DNA of 64,000 bases, from NCBI GenBank assembly GCA_048772705.1, contig JBLWGC010000082.1:186001-250000 (forward strand). Direction: 5' to 3'. How positions within the stretch are numbered: the first letter of the stretch is position 1; each line of letters begins with the position of its first letter. This document shows positions 1 to 12,151 of this stretch, in pieces. The notes under the pieces are model-generated. The model saw only the letters and a list, made by a program, of their open reading frames with translations, was not told the DNA's origin and made no database searches. This DNA comes from Leidyana gryllorum EB-2025a (taxonomy: Eukaryota; Protista; Apicomplexa). Both the position numbers and the translations under genes were made by a program.

Positions 1-128
1 TCAAGAAGCCAAAATTGCAGCAGGAGACAGGAGGTGAAGAGATTGTCGTCGAATGCGATCAACAGAAAGACCCACGGGAGATAGGGGAGTTGATTAATTG
101 GGCATGGGACAGCACTTGCTTTCATTGA
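1..128 (+). CDS. 3' end of a gene entering from the left edge (unknown product)
   Basis: Frame from position 3 is open (KKPKLQQETGGEEIVVECDQ...WAWDSTCFH) to TGA at 126-128, followed by low-complexity GA/GT-rich sequence. No family motif. Confidence 0.3.
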   Translation, partial: KKPKLQQETGGEEIVVECDQQKDPREIGELINWAWDSTCFH

Positions 129-344
129 GGGGTGATATGCATTGCCCCCAAATATAGCCAGCTTATATTGAGCAGGCACAACAGGGGTTTCCGGAGCAGA
201 AGGACAAGGGGGAAGAGTGGAGTGAGTGAGTGTGTTGTGTGTGTGTGTGTGGAATGGGAGGGGAGAGAGGCACAGAGGGGGGCGAAGAGACAGAGGAGGG
301 ATAAAAAGAGTAGCGTTCCCTGTTGGAAAACGCTGTGTAATTGC

Positions 345-2442
345 TCATGGATCGAACGCCACATCGCTTATAAATCGCCATCGTTCAAGGGCTTGCTCGA
401 TCTCTACCCCTCCCAGTAAACTCCGGATGAATCGCCATAACTCATGCTCATCCACGAGACCACACCGCCGTCGTACAATCGTCTCACGCTTTTCTTTCTG
501 CTGCCTCGTCAAAGATGCCCAGTCATTTGAGCACAAGAGTAATAAGAACAATGCCAATAGGTAGCGCTCTTCCGACGGTTGAATTGTCGTTGCAATCTGC
601 CAACAAACACGAATGACGTTGATATCCTTCCGGTCACAACGACCAATTCCAACTTACATTGTTCAAACAGAATGTGTGAACCAACTGACGCAGATCAGTC
701 ACTAGGGGTGCCAGACCGGCTGGTAGTGCGACGGCCGATATGTGTGTGAGTAATGCTTGGCGCCAGGCGACCTGACGCGGCACCTGCTCCATTGTCTGAA
801 GGAAATATTTTGATTGCATCGTGTTTGCTATACAGCACACGCCTGTGTGCTTTCGATCGAGGTCACAGGTTCACGTACGGATGCAATATCGCAGCACACA
901 CCTACGCGTGCCATGTTCGACATTTGGTCGAGGTTGGTAAGCCGATACTCTCAAACCTACCAAACCCCGCAGGCAACGAGCGTAGCACGGCTGACATTGT
1001 TCATCACAGCAGACCACACCTCCTAACAGGGATCAATTGATGATGCAGAGGTACGGTCGCGGTAACAGCTGGGTATATGGAGGACTTACCAGATCACCGG
1101 CGGCAAGCGGATCATAAAAGTCGTCATCAGACTCTGCCGTTGTAGATGCTTCATTGCCCCCAGGCGGCGGGGGCTGTTCGTCTTCACGGTCACCGAGTAG
1201 AAAGGACGTGGTGCTCAATGTCGTCCAAGAGACCATCCAGGACATTACAGACTGCCAAGGATTGTTTAGGGTCAGATTGATGTCATCGGGTTCTAATAGG
1301 GTCTCCAGCCCGCCGGGCACAGCCTCGCGAGGAGTCGACTCCTCGTCCCCCGCAGGCTTGGTGTCCGGGCCAAAACTGATTGACTTCTGTTTACGTTGTC
1401 GTGTTGAGCTCGAAGTCAATATGGAACGCAATCTTCGAGGGCTTCCCAGAGCGGTACTGTGTGAATCGGTTCTTCGCGTGAGGTTGCTTTCAGAATTGCA
1501 ATACATTTGGTGACCTGGGGGCCTGGTTTCACTCGAAGCCACTGTATCTGTCGTCAGTCCCGAAGAGCCCAGTGTTCCCGCCCCGTTGCCATTTCCACCG
1601 AGTGATGAGGTATAGCTAAAGAATGTTATCCCTTCTTCGTCTTGCGCCGAGAAGGGAGCAGGAAGAGTAGGATCATTTATACTGCCCGGGTAACTGTCGG
1701 CGCTCTTGAAGGAGGAGCAACTGTCAAATCGGTACTTCCGAGACGTGGGTTCGAAGTCCAGCTCATCTTTCGTTGCAATGGAACTTCTTCCTCCATCTTT
1801 GTCCCATTCCTGATCAGTTGTCTTATTCTGGGAGAGCTCCCACGGCAGCGGGACCTCTTGCACAAGCGGTTCCTCCTCGGGAGTGGGGTGGAGGTGGGGC
1901 ATCGAACCCCCCTCGGCCAAATACGCATCGACTAGACTCCTCGGAGGTACTCTGTAGAAGGAGGGTTCGCTTGTAGTCGTGGCACGAACCGCCAAAAACG
2001 CCTCCAGGCACGACGCTCTGCACAAAGAACTGGGATTAGGGGGCAGTAGTCGAAAGAACGGCCGATCAAAGTACTCACTCAAATACATCAGCGTCAATGT
2101 CCCGGCGTTCCATGATGATAGCAAGGTGGCTCAAGCTGCAAGTCCCATTGTCAAAAGCTTCGCTACTTCCTCCCCGACTCACCTCCTCTCATGACCAAAG
2201 ATGGTACGTCCACAGCCAACATATCCGCACTTATTCAACGAAGCGCGGTTGATGGCTATCTCGTCCCAGTCTTGAGAACAAAGAAAGTCTACGACCCATC
2301 CTCTTGCTAGCGCTAGTTCGGCGCCTCTCAAAGCCTTATCCGCTTCGATGAGCCGTTCACACAGGAAATGTCGTAGTCTATCGCGATGCAATCTTGTCTC
2401 GCGTTCACGTACTCTCCATGCGGATTCTCGGCCTTCTGCCAT
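345..2442 (-). CDS. RPAP2: Rtr1/RPAP2-like RNA polymerase II CTD phosphatase (spliced)
   Basis: Removing two GTGAG...CAG introns (about 2182-2136 and 2079-2031) joins DWDEIAINRASLNKCGYVGC to DVFDSLCRASCLEAF, matching the Rtr1/RPAP2 zinc-finger layout (ER..CGY..C ... FCS..C). Long Ser/acidic middle region. The 3' exons and stop are approximate. Confidence 0.65.
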
Positions 2443-2499
2443 TGCATGTCCCAAAATAATTCGTCTGAACCTGAAATCTAACCTCAAAGAAGAAACACA

Positions 2500-3288
2500 C
2501 TAGTGCCTTCTTCTGATCTCCCAAACACTCAGAAGTTCACCCGGGACTCTTCGTTCTCTCAAACAATTCGCTTCCCACAGACCGCAGTCCTCCACGTACT
2601 CCTTTACCAACCGCTGCGGTTTATTCCGAGCCTCCATCAGCAATAAGCACCTTCCATTTGGCGTCAGCATGTTCTGTGAACCCTTTATGAATGGGGAAGG
2701 AGCGGGAAGGAAGGGGGAAGGAACCCCCCTTCCCCCGACTATCACCGTCGTCGTACCTTTATGTTCTGTAAAAAGGGGATAGTCACTTCGTTCCCGTCCT
2801 CTCCGCCTGCCCAGGCCCGATCGACCGAGTCTCGCTCGACGGGGAGTGCGTCCGAGGGGACATATGGCTGAGACCCTTTTGGAGCCGCCCTGGCTGTGTT
2901 TCATTGAACTCACGGGGTTGAAGACGACGAGATCGTAGAGTGGAGCGGGTCTGAACGGCCCAAACAAGCTGCCCTGAATGGCTTCGCCAGAGGTTTGGAG
3001 CTTATTGAGTGTGAGTGTTCTTGAGGTTTGTGTGATTGCGTGGCTGGAGATGTCTACAGCGTGCACGAAGCCCTTAGTCGCTCTTTGGGCCAAGACGGCG
3101 GTGACAACACCGTGTCCGGGTCTGTGTGGCGTGGAGTGGCCCCAAACGAGCAGCAGAACCTACCCGACTTCTAGTGCGAGATGGACGGAGGGCCAGTGTA
3201 TGGTTTCTAGAGCGTCTAAGACCAGAAAGGTATCATCGGAAGGCTGATAGACCTGGTCTCTAGAGCTGAGGTCCCAGACGGGTAGCAT
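2500..3288 (-). CDS. N6AMT1: eRF1 glutamine methyltransferase (HemK2/Mtq2 family)
   Basis: VYQPSDDTFLVLDAL, spliced LEVGPGHG SAM motif, spliced VFNP|PY, AWAGGEDG and RRVPGELLSV. Three short introns. Confidence 0.9.
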
Positions 3289-3345
3289 TTTTGGCTTTTA
3301 TGTGTTCACTTGGTGCACCACAACCATATCATTCATGTATGACAT

Positions 3346-4219
3346 TTAGAAGCACTTTCGGTGGACAATGTTGGCGCCTTCCTCGCGGTAGTCTTCGGCG
3401 TTGATGTACATGGTATCGAAGGTACTCAACGAGGCCAGGATGGAGCCACCGATCCAGACAGAGTACTTACGCTCGGGAGGAGCGATGACTTTGACCTTTT
3501 GGGAACTGGGAGCCATCTTGACGACTTCACGTTCCAGACGGATGTTGACATTGTCTACGAGAGTGGTACCGCCAGACATGACAATGTTGGAGTAGAGGGC
3601 GGTTCTGGTATCGATATCACACTTCATGATGGAGTTGAAGACCTCGAAGTGGATCCCCTCCATTTCCTTCTGGACCAACTTGGGCTGGAAGAGCACCTCG
3701 GGGCACTCGAAACGAGGACGGTTGACCTCGATGATGTTACCGTCGGGGAGTTCGTATTGGCGGTTGATGTCCTCGAAGCCGTCGGCGCTGCCGAGACGTT
3801 CGAGCTCGGCTTCAAAGTCGTCAGCGACGTAGCAGAGTTTCTCCTTGACGTCTCTGACGATTTCAAACTCGGCGGACGAGGTGAAGGGGTAACCAGCGAG
3901 GGTCAGGAGACTCTGCATGGTGGCGGTGAGATCGCGTCCGGCGAGATCGAGACGGTTGATGGAGGTGGGCATGGCGAACCCTTCGTAGATGGGGACAGTG
4001 TGGGACACACCATCACCACTATCCAGGACGATACCGGTGGTACGACCGGAGGCGTACAGGGAGAGTACGGCCTGGATGGCGACGTAGACGCCGGGGGCTG
4101 CGAAGGTGTCGAACATCATTTGAACCATGCGCTCTCTGTTGGTCTTGGGGTTCATCGGGGCTTCTGTGAGGAGAATGGGGTGTTCCTCGGGGGCTCTGCG
4201 GAGTTCATCGTAGAAAGTA

Positions 4220-4252
<33 letters not shown>

Positions 4253-4494
4253 GAGATGACGCCGTGTTCAATAGGGTACTTGAGGGAGAGGACACCTCGC
4301 TTGGCCTGTGCTTCGTGTCCAATATAGAAGTCCTTCTTCTCGACGCCAGCCATAACGCCGACGAGTTTGGGGACACCCACAATGGAGGGGAAAACAGAGC
4401 AGGGGGCATCATCTCCAGCTATTCCAGCCTTAACTTGACCGGAACCGTTGTCCACCACAAGGGCGGGAGCGGTCTCTCCGTGTTCCATCGACAT
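3346..4494 (-). CDS. ACT: Actin, divergent isoform, intronless CDS
   Basis: [74 protein letters not shown] and terminal HRKCF. Start is ATG 4494 or 4488. Confidence 0.97.
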
Positions 4495-4588
4495 GCTATC
4501 TTGATGATTCTTCTCTTCTTGGTATGCAACGTGTGCCAAGACCCCTCACATTGAGGTACATGCAACACATTATTCTATTTTTTCACCA

Positions 4589-5410
4589 ATGGAAGTTCAC
4601 CAGTTGGCAGAGAAGCTCTTAAACGCACTCGTGTGTGGTGCCGAGACGGCTGGAGTTTCTGCCGACGCCCTCGGTGAGATTGCAAGAAGGGGATGCGGCT
4701 CCGAACCCGACCTCTGCCGTCTCTCAATTGACCTCCGAGGCGATGTACAATCTCTCGGCCAAATAGCCGAAGCAATCTCCCGTTGCCGAACACACGTTCA
4801 ACGCAATCTCTCGTCGCTTTTAGTAATGCAGGCGCAAATGCAAAGATGCCGCTCCTCCATAGAACAAGAAATACAACACCTCAGGGTTAGTGCAAATCCG
4901 ACTCCCTCAACCCCCAACGCCGTAGCACAGAAAGCGCCCCTGGACAATCTCGAGGCCCTCTTTACTGAAATACAACTCCCCGAAGACCAGAGACCCTGGA
5001 CCGACCCCCAACAAATCGCCCAACTCATCACTGCCGAAGCCCAAGCCAGAGAAGCCAAAGTCACGCTACTAACTCAAGTCGAAAAGAGACACGAAGAGGT
5101 CAGTCCTCCCTATCCAACTTGGCCGGCCTAACCAACGTAACTTGTCCACCACAGGTCGTCAACACACTCAATGCTTTGAAAACCATTGAATCTAAACTGC
5201 TCCCAGCACTCCGTAAGTACCAAACAACAATCAATGTCTATCGACCTGTCGCTCGCTCGCTGCTATGACGACGAGGGGTACTCCCTTTTCCTTTTCCCTT
5301 TCCCCCTCTCGCCCACTCACGTTCCCCTCTTGGCAGAGCCAGCGGCGTCCGCGTTGGAGAAAGTGTTGTCTTCCCGGTTCACTGAGGGTGCCACTTCGTC
5401 GACTCTGTAG
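4589..5410 (+). CDS. THO complex subunit 5-like (FmiP/Thoc5 coiled-coil domain)
   Basis: Introns 5099-5154 and 5213-5336 give a helical protein (SIEQEIQHL...DPQQIAQLITAEAQAREAK...KLLPALQPAASALEKVL) that resembles the THOC5 N-terminal domain. Stop TAG 5408-5410. Confidence 0.5.
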
Positions 5411-5443
5411 TAGTGTGAGTGATAGCTGGTCAACGGAAAAATT

Positions 5444-7147
5444 ATGGCGGGAGAACAAGCGAAGGTGGTGGGGGGCGAGGCTTCAAAGTTAGTCTTGGCA
5501 GCACCACCAACGGTCAAGGTGGGTCACTCAGTGCGAGAGCGAAAGGCTGTTCAAATGACAGTGTGGTTCAGAAACCGTGCCGAAAATGGCAGTTGACTGG
5601 AATGGAGGGGCCTTATGGTGTCTGGCGACCCGAAGGGTACCAGCCACATCACGAAGATCCCTCACTCAACCCTTCAGTCAAAGAACGATACTCAGAATAT
5701 ATGTACACTGATGACGAATATATAGCGCATATCGCTGGAACCGACCACGCATGGAGTCGTGAAGAAACAGACTATCTCATGCAACTCGCACTTGATATGA
5801 GTCTAAAATGGCCATGCATACAAGACGCTTATACTTGGCCGCCTCCAATGCCCCGCAAACCGGGACAAGTCACACCCCGAGACCCCTCCGTCGATTTCCT
5901 CGAACTCGCCGATTCCGAGGACTCAGACTACCCAGACGATCTCCCCTCCTCCTCAAAACGCACCATCGAGCAATTGAAAGAACGATTCTACAAGATATGC
6001 AGAATAGTCTATCTCGCGCGACAAAATGCTGCCTCCCAAGAAATGGACGAGTTGGCCCCACCCTTGCCGCTCCCCGCACAACTCGACTTTGAGTGAGCTC
6101 AAAACCAACACACAACACCATCTCTCCCTCCTCTCCTCAGCCCCGCGTATGAGACCCGACGCAAAGAGGAAGCAGAGGCGCGGTACCAAGTCGACTCTGA
6201 GATCACTAGTCGCGAAAAGGCTCTCCGCGAAGCGGTTCTCAAATTACAAAACGCATTGAAAAGCTATGATCGGGATGGCGAATGGCCAGCCACACTTCCA
6301 ATCGACCCATTCTCGCCTGACCTTCTACCGGGTAAGTGACAATTTGCATTGTGCACACATGAGGCTTGCTCTTCGCGCGGATTCTCGTGCAACTGGGCTT
6401 GTGCACTGTGCACAGGTCAAAGTGCGCAGGTCAATCTGCAGAGTGATTACCAATTCCGCCCTCAACTTCACCACCATTTCACCACTTGACCACTTGACCA
6501 CTTCAGATACGAACGGGGAGTTTGTTCATCAGCACCTATCGGCGATCACGCAGTCTCTGCTGCCGGCTGTGAATCTGACAAGCGCGATGGGGAAGCAGAA
6601 GGGATGTTGGTTGATCTCCCAGGCGTTGAAGATGCCGATCGAGAGTATGATTGGGAGCGCATTGGCTGACCCTCGGAAGCAGGTGGGTCGGGGTGCGTCG
6701 AGTTCGGTGTCCGGGCGTCCGACGGACTCGAGTGGGCCTAATCTGAAGGAGGTGGCGGACGGGAGTTTGGGTATTCTGAAAGGAATGCTGAAGGAATGGA
6801 GCAATGATCCGGAGGAGGATAACCCGCGGACGTATTTTGCGTCTCAAAACTTCCTTCCTCCAGTGAACACTCGGCAATGTTTCGAGGCTTACGTGTGGGT
6901 TTGAGTGGCTGTGTGCGCCTCCGATATTCTCCTTGGCTGTCAGAGCTTTGAAGGTGGACGCTGTGGTGTGTTACCAACTGCAAAAGCACAAAGATCGAAC
7001 TCAGGAGGTGAGAGGGGTGGTGTTGCGAGCTATCTACTATGTGTCTTAGCTGTACCAACAATGGGTGACCAAACTGCAAGAGCTGCGGCGAGTGGTGCGA
7101 AGTGCACGACGAGGCCAGCAAAGAGGGAGCACTACAGCTGCCAATGA
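5444..7147 (+). CDS. SWC4: SWC4/EAF2/DMAP1 SANT-domain subunit of NuA4/SWR1
   Basis: YTDDEYIAHIAGTDHAWSREETDYLMQLALDMSLKWPCIQDAY...RTIEQLKERFYKICR is the DMAP1-type SANT domain. ATG 5444 is joined through a short intron. C-terminal exons are approximate. Confidence 0.8.
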
Positions 7148-7310
7148 CCGATGGAAAACAGGGGGCGGCGGCACGAGCAAAACGGGCGCTGCTTCGTCCT
7201 CGGCAGTCCCAGTGAGGCCACGTTGAGGTTGAGATTGGGAGATTGAGAGAGGCTGAGATATGTATGGCGTGCCAGCCACCAAGTATCGATCGATTGGTGC
7301 ATCGTCACAG

Positions 7311-9305
7311 TCAGTCTATCGCAGCGGAGATTGTGTCCAGGAATCGGGCTGTGTGATGGAGATTCTCGAGTTGAAATGGACGCGGACGGCTCACCAGCAT
7401 AGACACGCGGGCTTACGCACGAAATCCCTTTCGAATCGCTGGTAACGGATTTGAAGGCGTGCTCCAAACGCTTCTTGGAGGTCCACCGAGTGAAGACATC
7501 GATCACTCCACAAAAGTATATGGCTTTCCCGTCGGTCGAAAGCATTCCCTCAGCATTCAGCTGACCGAGAGACACAAACAAATGTAAATGGGACCGGCCG
7601 GCCACCTCACTCACCCAGGGGGCTACCGTGCTATCTTTACGCACCCCGGCTGTCGGGGAATCTCCTTCGGAACACGAAGAGTCCCGATGTTCGCCCTGGA
7701 TCGTCGACGGGAGATTCGCGATCGCCATACTGGGGGGGATGTCCACCGCTGACCCGTTCTGATAACCACCGAAGCCGCCGGCATCTCTCAGCTTACTGGA
7801 AGGAAGACTCCGAACGTGAATTCCGAACAGAAGAGAATAGTCCAGAACGTCTTGAGCGCACAGGAACTCGACATCATTTTTCAAAGCCATAAGGAATCGA
7901 GCTTTAAGGGGTCCCAGTCGGATTCTTTCTCCAACCTGCTTGAAATCTAAATCCTTCAGAGCAGCTGTGGGATCCAAGTCCTTGAGTGTCCGCCCCGCCG
8001 GAACCGCACTGCGTCCGACCCAACTGCCTTTCAGATCATACCTGAAAGGACCGCAGAGGCAAACACGGTGAATTAACTCATGGCGCAGAGGCAAACACGG
8101 TGATTAATTATATGGCGCAGAGGCAAACACGGTAATTATCGCGCGCCACACACGACACAAAGAGAAATGGCGCTTACCGACGATGCAGCATTACGGGCGT
8201 GTGGAAGACATTGCCCATTACCACAAAATATAGCTGTTTCGAAGCGTTACGTCGCTTACTGGTCTTCAGCCTTATGGCATGGAATCCATGAAACCTGTGT
8301 GTGGTGTGCGTCAAAGGTCAAAGAAACTCAAATATCGCTCGCCCCCGACCTGGTTATAAGCGTCTCGGGGTGGTTCATGACAAATTCGAAATAGTTGCGT
8401 AGGATGGACCGGAAGAATCGTGCAGCCTCCTTTGTCATCTGGGACGACAAAGCTTTAGGGCAACACACGATGGATTATCCTACTCACCGTCTTTACGAGG
8501 AATCTTCCGTCTGCCGTGTAGTAGAATAGCGCTCCAGATTTTCCTTCACTACACAACTCAGACATTGATGACAGATTTCCCAACACCATATTTCCCTTTC
8601 AAACCGAGTTCACTCGGATCATTGAGCGTTGAACCCGTCTCACCACTAATTGCTCGGGTCCCACAGATCTCAGATACTCCGCGCTTTGCAGTCCTGCGGA
8701 TTCCCTCAGTTTGCGGAAAACCATTGGAGCGTAATCTATGAATCGAACAGCCGACTGCAAAGCAACTCAAAGATCGCCGGCACGGAGACTCACATAGTTA
8801 TAACGGCTCAACTTGTCAATGACATTCGAAGCTCGAGGAAGGATAGAGAACTTCTCGCGCATCAAAAAATCATAAGACTCAACGGTACGCGCCGGCTCGA
8901 AGCTGGCTCGAGCCGCCGCTATTCGCAATCCAACCATCATATTGAGAACCATATTCCAGGACTCATGTCCAAAGTGAACCACGAGACCTCGTGGCCCAGA
9001 GTCCAACAATCTGTTGACAACGAATGGGCACCGGGGCACCGGAGAAACCTACTTGGCCTCGAATCTGCGACGTTTGGTGTGGGGCACCGCCCGTTTGTGT
9101 CGATGCTCTTGAGATTCTTCCCTCAGCTGCCGAAAGTTGGCAGGATTTGTATACATCCGCTGTCTCAAGACGTCTTGAGAGGGTTGACTGCAGCGAAGTG
9201 TCTTTGATGAACGAACCCGTTGACAGATTAGTTCGACTCACAGATCGTCGCTGTAGGATGACGGCAACGTCCACACTCGAGGGCCTGAAGGGGGCAATTC
9301 GGCGT

Positions 9306-9348
<43 letters not shown>

Positions 9349-12127
9349 CGTGGTGGGGGATAGGGCAGGACGGGGCGCTTACGATCATAGCTTGCGACTG
9401 TGCGTCGTTGGGGTCGGAACTCGAGAGTGCTCTCTGAGAGTCTGGTGTCTGCGAGAGATCCGGCGGCTGTGGCCAAGATAGCGTCATCGAGCCAAAGCAA
9501 TAAACGTTCAATTAGAGGTACGGCCATTTGTTCATTTCGCTCAGCTTGCGCGAGCGTTCGTCTGTGAGCCGCGGAGGCGTCTATGGAGCCTCTGGCTGTG
9601 TTGACGATAGCGGAGACGGATCTCTTGCTGGAGTAGAGGGAGCCTTGTCGGCGGCTGTGAATGCTCATTGTGGCGCGACCTCCGCTGGAGGGCGGCTGCA
9701 CTCGGTGTAAATTGGCATCGATCGCAGTCGGTTTGTTGCCGGTTGCGAATGGAGGCGAGTCCACTGCCGGCATGAGGGGACTGGGGGGCGACCGGGAGAG
9801 ATTTATGGGGTCCTGTTTGACCACACGGCGGACCCCGCGAGTGGGCGAGCTATTGAGGGGTTTGGATGAGGGCGTACCACTGTCGAGTGGTGACTGCGAG
9901 GAGGAGTTTGAGGTTATCGGGAGCCCAGGAACGATCATTGACGACGCCTTCCGGTTGTCTATGGAAGAAGGGCGGAACTCTGGGGGCGAAATTGAAGTGT
10001 CAAGTTGTGGAGGTCGTCAGCGTCAGCGTCGCACTCACCCGTATCGGCTAAATCAGAGACTGGTTGACAACAACAATTAGCCAATTTGAACCTTCTCGCG
10101 GGAACGCGAGGTCTCAGAGGAGTGCTTAAAGATTGCAGTTTGGGCGGTGAAGCGGTGGCGGGGTGTGAGTGATCGGAAGCTGAGCCAGCGGGAGAGTCTT
10201 TGTGCGTCGGGCCGCCGCGAAGACCTCCAATATCACGAAGTCTGCGAGCGGAGCCGCGCCCCGGGAACACTGATGAGGAGTTGGGCTGTTGTGGTGGATT
10301 TTCTATCAGAGAGTGAGTGGTGATGTCCTCGCCGGCAGCCGTATAGTTCGGCTGCCCCATGTCAACGGAAGATCTGTCCCCCCCGGCCGTCGGGACGGAC
10401 AGAGATGACGACGAGGCTGACGACTCGTCATTATACTCGTCCACGGGGGGAACGGCACCACCCCTTCTGTGCAATAAGGAGCTGCGCTCCTCCAAGGCGG
10501 CGTCGTTCAGACGACTGCTGAGTGACCGGGCGGGGATGAGGGGAGGTGACTTGGCGTGAGTTGGGGAATTGAAGAAACGTTTTGGGGGCGAAGATCCGAG
10601 TGTTCTCAACCGCTTTCGACTAAAAGTCGATGAACTCGACGAGCTGCTGTCCTCGTCACTATTGCGGTGCATCTCTCCTCCGGGCGATGAGGGTCCGGGC
10701 GGCGCTATGTCGGCCCCGCCCGTAGTCCCGAGAACTGTATATATCATCTGCAGAGGGTCATCGATGGGTGTATCCGGGTTGGAGGGCGCTAAATCCGCCA
10801 CACGCTTCCGTAACAAAGTCGACTTGAGAGCCGCCAAACTCTCACGGAGCGCGACTAATTGTTCAAGTGTGGGTGTCCGGGTGTTATTGGTAGTCAGATT
10901 CAAGTTGCCGCAGTTACTGACATCCCCTTTGTTGTGGACTCCGGCGGGGTCGATGGTGGTCCAACCCCCATCGGTGTGTCGCATCGACGGATCGCTGTCC
11001 CGTTGGACATCGTCGCCTCCGCCGCCTGAGGTCACGGACCCTTTGCGAGCCGACTCGATGAGAGGGGCTGGTCGAGTGATGCCTCCTCCTCCTCCAGCGC
11101 GCACATCAGCCCGACTTCTTAGCGCCTCTGGACTGAGATATACGTCCGGCAGGGGCGAGGGGGGGCCGTTGTGGTAGCCGTGGGCTCGCGGCAAAACCCC
11201 CAATAGCGAGAGAAACTCGGCGTTGGTGGTAACAGCGGATTTGAAACTGCCCATATGAGAAGGTATTGTGACGTTCATTCATCCACCCACCCCTCTCACT
11301 CACTCAGCCAGAGAAAGTCGCGAATGGCCCTCACAGTCCACCGAATGTGCGACTCTGCTAAATATATTCCCGATGAGCTCCGGACTCAGAGCTCCACGTC
11401 TCGTTTCTCCAACCAGCTGCTCTCGTGTGGTCTGTAGACTCTTGACGACCAATGCGAATTCAGGCAGAGTCAACTGATTCTCAACCTCCGCCCAGTCGTA
11501 CCCGAGCATCTCCTCTAACGTAGAAGTGGAGTGCACATCATAGGATAGGGAGGAATGAGTCTTTCTGCTCTCGCGCACCATACTGGCGGCAGCGGTGGGT
11601 GTGCGGCGAATCCGGCAGCAGGAAGAGTGATCTTCCCGGTTAAAGGCGTAAAGTTGTTCCCAGCGCGCCTGCAGACCCCCCGAGTCTGTGACTGGCTGCC
11701 ACAGCGGAGTCAGCTGCGGTTTGACTGCCCCACTGGGCTTCAGGATGCGGTACGATAGCGATAAGCGCTCGTCGTCGGAGCCCGTGATCATAATGGCGAC
11801 GCTCGATCCCCACTCGAGAAAGTCGAGCACGTCGTCGTTGAGCCAATCAAAGGCTCCAAAGAGGCGTTGGCACAGAAAACTGTCATCCAGCAGAGCCAAC
11901 ATCCCGAGAGAGGTCTTGAAACGCGCGTAGTTGATGAACCCATTGGGTGCCAGACGACGAAAGCGGGTATAGAGTAACGCACATACCTGCTGGTCCAGAT
12001 TAGTGAGGCGATTAATCTCGCGCAAAAGTCTTCTGGGCGGCTCTTCAGGTAATAAAGGAGTGTTCTGTGTTGGCCTGCAGCATCCTGACGTAGCGGGAAT
12101 TGTTTGAATTGCCGCAGGCCGCAGCAT
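7311..12127 (-). CDS. PIP5K: Phosphatidylinositol-4-phosphate 5-kinase with N-terminal NCS/calcineurin-B-like EF-hand domain
   Basis: N-terminal EF-hand region (CQRLFGAFDWLNDDVLDFLEW...GSDDERLSLSYRIL), long low-complexity linker, then PIPK motifs HFGHESWNMVLNMMVGLR, EGKSGALFYYTADGRFLVKT, RYDLKGS, LDYSLLFGIH and GVIDVF. Spliced stop TGA at 7313-7311. Confidence 0.85.
8052..8137. repeat. Intronic minisatellite, about 2.7 copies of a 32-bp unit
   Basis: CGCAGAGGCAAACACGGT starts at 8052, 8084 and 8116 (period 32), inside a PIP5K intron. Confidence 0.9.
9309..9345. repeat. (GT)n microsatellite in a PIP5K intron
   Basis: About 18 perfect GT units. Shorter (GT)/(CA) tracts lie near 232-251, 46694-46714 and 48771-48786. 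Confidence 0.95.
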
Positions 12128-12151
12128 CAGGCAGCAAAAAGTTTGACTTGT

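Noticed and set aside
3361-4554. 397-aa ORF exactly antisense to actin (similar antisense ORFs over RPL10, S1/P1 and mtlD)
   Set aside because: Expected by-product of strong codon bias on the sense strand. The translation has no protein-like motifs.
5255-5280. Apparent second ATGA overlap (ATG 5265 / TGA 5266) between THOC5-like and SWC4
   Set aside because: It lies inside a better-supported intron (GTAAGT at 5213 to CAG 5336). SWC4 is better started at ATG 5444.
8052-8137. CRISPR-like repeat-spacer appearance
   Set aside because: Linkers are short and related to each other, the array is inside a spliceosomal intron, and no cas genes are present.
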